A DNA stretch of 64,000 nt from an uncultured Chlamydiae bacterium. Its GTDB lineage: Bacteria > Chlamydiota > Chlamydiia > Chlamydiales > JAJFMA01. Position 1 is the first letter of the stretch; each line of letters starts with the position of its first letter. The stretch is from positions 2,560,001 through 2,624,000 of the forward strand of contig CAVQMM010000001.1 of NCBI GenBank assembly GCA_963713615.1. The letters run 5' to 3'. Below are positions 61,849-64,000 of this stretch, in pieces. The notes beneath the pieces were generated by a model, which did no database searches, was not told the DNA's origin, and was given only the letters and a program-made list of their open reading frames with translations. Both the position numbers and the translations under genes were made by a program.

Positions 61849-62304
61849 ATGGCAAATAAAACAAAATCAAAAGGATCCGGTCAGGGCTCCAAAAAAGCGA
61901 TCATTGGCAAGGAAATCCTGTCTATTACGGAAGCAGCGAAGCTTAATAATGTTACGCGGCAAGCGATCTATGTTGCTATTAAGCTAAACAAGCTAAAGGC
62001 TAAGAAAGAAGAAGCGCGTTGGGCGATCCATATTAATGACTTGGAAGAATATCGCAACAACAAATATTCACGTACTAAGTCGGTGTTCGATGGCCAGCTA
62101 TTATTTGACAATAAGAAGGGCTATTTCTCGGTCAATCAAGTAGCGCGAATGCTGGGTGTACCACCACAAAAGATTTACTATGCCACTCGCGTTGGTAAGC
62201 TTAAAGCGCACCGTAAGGGAGCTGCTTGGGTGATTCATGTCGAAGATGTGAAGGAATATCAGAAAAGCGCAGAAGGTAAGAGTACCAAACTCGTGGCCTG
62301 CTAA
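61849..62304 (+). CDS. euo: Chlamydial developmental regulator EUO
   Basis: SITEAAKLNNVTRQAIYVAIK, YSRTKS, QKIYYATR, RKGAAWVIH; two HTH repeats; gltX/recJ synteny. Confidence 0.93.
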   Translation: MANKTKSKGSGQGSKKAIIGKEILSITEAAKLNNVTRQAIYVAIKLNKLKAKKEEARWAIHINDLEEYRNNKYSRTKSVFDGQLLFDNKKGYFSVNQVARMLGVPPQKIYYATRVGKLKAHRKGAAWVIHVEDVKEYQKSAEGKSTKLVAC

Positions 62305-62340
62305 TTCACGAAGTTTATAACATGCGGTCAAGGGGTAGAA

Positions 62341-62477
62341 GAATCCGAGCCCGTGTGCATGTCCGAGCCCGAAAAACCGTAACTTAAATACGCGTTTCCA
62401 ATTCGTCGAGTTCATTCAGCCGATGGAAGCACCGATTTTTCAGGCTCGGGCACGCACACGGGCTCGGGCTCGGATTC
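62341..62477. repeat. Palindromic element between convergent euo and recJ (family F)
   Basis: GAATCCGAGCCCGTGTGCATGTCCGAGCCCGAAAAA...TTTTTCAGGCTCGGGCACGCACACGGGCTCGGGCTCGGATTC. Confidence 0.7.
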
Positions 62478-62509
62478 CTACCGTGAACGTTTACCTCGTA
62501 AACGTGTTT

Positions 62510-64000
62510 TTAGAGTAAATCGTTTTCATCATCTTCAGCATCCTTTCCTTCTCCAATAACCTGAAAATCACGAATGAGAAGTTGGATACTAGCTTTATTT
62601 TGAAAGATATTGATCTGAGGGGTAAAGGCAACACGAAGGGTAAGATTCTTGCGTCTTAGGTTGCGATAATGGTCCGCTTTTCCGAAGGCTACTCCCTCGA
62701 GGATACGATCACCCTGCTGCAAGTACATGCGGAGATGTGTCTTGCCAATGACCTTTGGGGGCCATGCCTGCAAGGCATCGCAATAGAGTACGGGAGGGGA
62801 ATTTTCATTACCAAACGGCTCTAGGAGTTTGATAGACTCCATAAAATCGAAAGTAAGCTCTTCAAAGCTAACTTCTGCATCCAAGTAAAGCTTGCTGATG
62901 ATGTCTTCATCGCCCAGCTTTTCCTCTACAGCCTTGATAAAGCGCGCCTTAAATTCATCAATATTCCGCAATTGAATAGTCAACCCTGCGGCGTAATCGT
63001 GACCGCCGAAATTAAGCAGAAGATCTGCACTGTCTTTAAGGGTGTTGAGCAGGGGGAATTCGCGAATAGAGCGCAAAGAACCTTTACCGATCTTCCCATC
63101 AATAGCGATCATAATGGTTGGTCGATTGTATAACTTACAGAGGCGTGTACAAACGATTGCAATAACGCCTGGATGCCACTTATCTGAGGCCATCACAATG
63201 CCTTTTCTAGACAAAATTTCTTTGTCAGTAACAAGGCTCTGTTCAACATCGGTAGACATCGTGCGTTCAATACGCTGACGTTCGATATTGTTTAGATCTA
63301 GCTCGCGCGCCAAATTTTCGGCATCTTGTTCATTCTTAAGAAGGAGTAGTTCAACCCCTTTTTGAGGATCGTCGATGCGGCCTAAACTGTTAAGCCGAGG
63401 GGCTATCTTAGAAGCGATATCAAAAGTCGTCAGATCAGCGCACTGAATCTCGCAAACCTCCATGAGCTTAGCCAAGCCCATACGCTGCCCAGCGCGCAAT
63501 TGGCGAAGTCCATAGTGGACGAGGATACGATTTTCACCCAACAAGCTACCCATATCAGAAACGGTACCGAGGGCTACAAGATCGAGGCAACGTTTGAGGT
63601 CTATAGCATCCGAACTAAGCTTGCCTTGAGCTACGCGTACATTAGTAATCGCATGCGCGAGCTTGAATGCCACTCCAACACCGGTTAGATCTCGATTAGG
63701 ATAAACATTGCCCACGAGCTTGGGGTTCAGTGTCGCCACACAATGGGGAATTTTATCCGTCGGCTCATGGTGATCGGTGATAATGACGTCGAGATTTTTT
63801 TCGATGACCTTAGCGATCTCCACGGCAGCAGTGATGCCGCAGTCTACCGTAATCATCAGCTTACATTCGTGCTGAAGAGCATACTCCAGAGCGTCTACAA
63901 ATAAACTTTCCCTGAGAAGCGTGCGGCTAGAAATGAAAAAATGGGCGTTAGCACCGATATCGCGTAGAAATTCGGTCAGCAAAGCTGTCCCAGTCATCCC
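62510..64000 (-). CDS. recJ: Single-stranded-DNA exonuclease RecJ (5' part outside the window)
   Basis: ITVDCG, ITDHH, ALGTVSD, PRLNS.GR, GSLRS, GGH..AAG, EPFG..N. Confidence 0.96.
   Translation of the reverse strand, partial: GMTGTALLTEFLRDIGANAHFFISSRTLLRESLFVDALEYALQHECKLMITVDCGITAAVEIAKVIEKNLDVIITDHHEPTDKIPHCVATLNPKLVGNVYPNRDLTGVGVAFKLAHAITNVRVAQGKLSSDAIDLKRCLDLVALGTVSDMGSLLGENRILVHYGLRQLRAGQRMGLAKLMEVCEIQCADLTTFDIASKIAPRLNSLGRIDDPQKGVELLLLKNEQDAENLARELDLNNIERQRIERTMSTDVEQSLVTDKEILSRKGIVMASDKWHPGVIAIVCTRLCKLYNRPTIMIAIDGKIGKGSLRSIREFPLLNTLKDSADLLLNFGGHDYAAGLTIQLRNIDEFKARFIKAVEEKLGDEDIISKLYLDAEVSFEELTFDFMESIKLLEPFGNENSPPVLYCDALQAWPPKVIGKTHLRMYLQQGDRILEGVAFGKADHYRNLRRKNLTLRVAFTPQINIFQNKASIQLLIRDFQVIGEGKDAEDDENDLL

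Noticed and set aside
1..64000. tRNA/rRNA genes, integrase, transposase or prophage genes
   Set aside because: None recognisable in the window.

Overview
A 64-kb chromosomal segment from an environmental member of the Chlamydiae, identified by euo beside gltX/tsp/recJ, trpS next to uvrB, tandem tyrP-like permeases, a long two-domain ThyX and rpoN. Housekeeping blocks (about 1-14 kb and 52.7-64 kb) flank an accessory centre. The centre holds a surface-polysaccharide/exosortase locus divergent from rpoN: a REC-PP2C-anti-sigma-STAS partner-switch fusion, two sugar-transferase proteins, two paralogous TPR proteins, small secreted Tyr/Asn/Gln/Arg-rich proteins, an exosortase and an EpsI-like protein, plus a convergent GT4-GT2-nucleotidyltransferase-phosphodiesterase operon. 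This locus is split by a 14.19-kb segment bounded by ~1.09-kb direct repeats. The segment carries a complete type I-C CRISPR-Cas system (32 repeats, 31 spacers, hidden cas11 start) and is followed by a head-to-tail array of six ~455-bp palindromic MITE-like units. The CRISPR array is fused to a copy of this element at the point where the element has a CRISPR-repeat-like motif. Also present: an unannotated Trp-containing leader peptide upstream of tyrP-tyrP-trpS, several REP-like palindrome families, a RAP-domain/RGG effector candidate and a GH36 (Sip1) protein with altered motifs. All calls come from reading the sequence and recognising motifs; no database searches were run.
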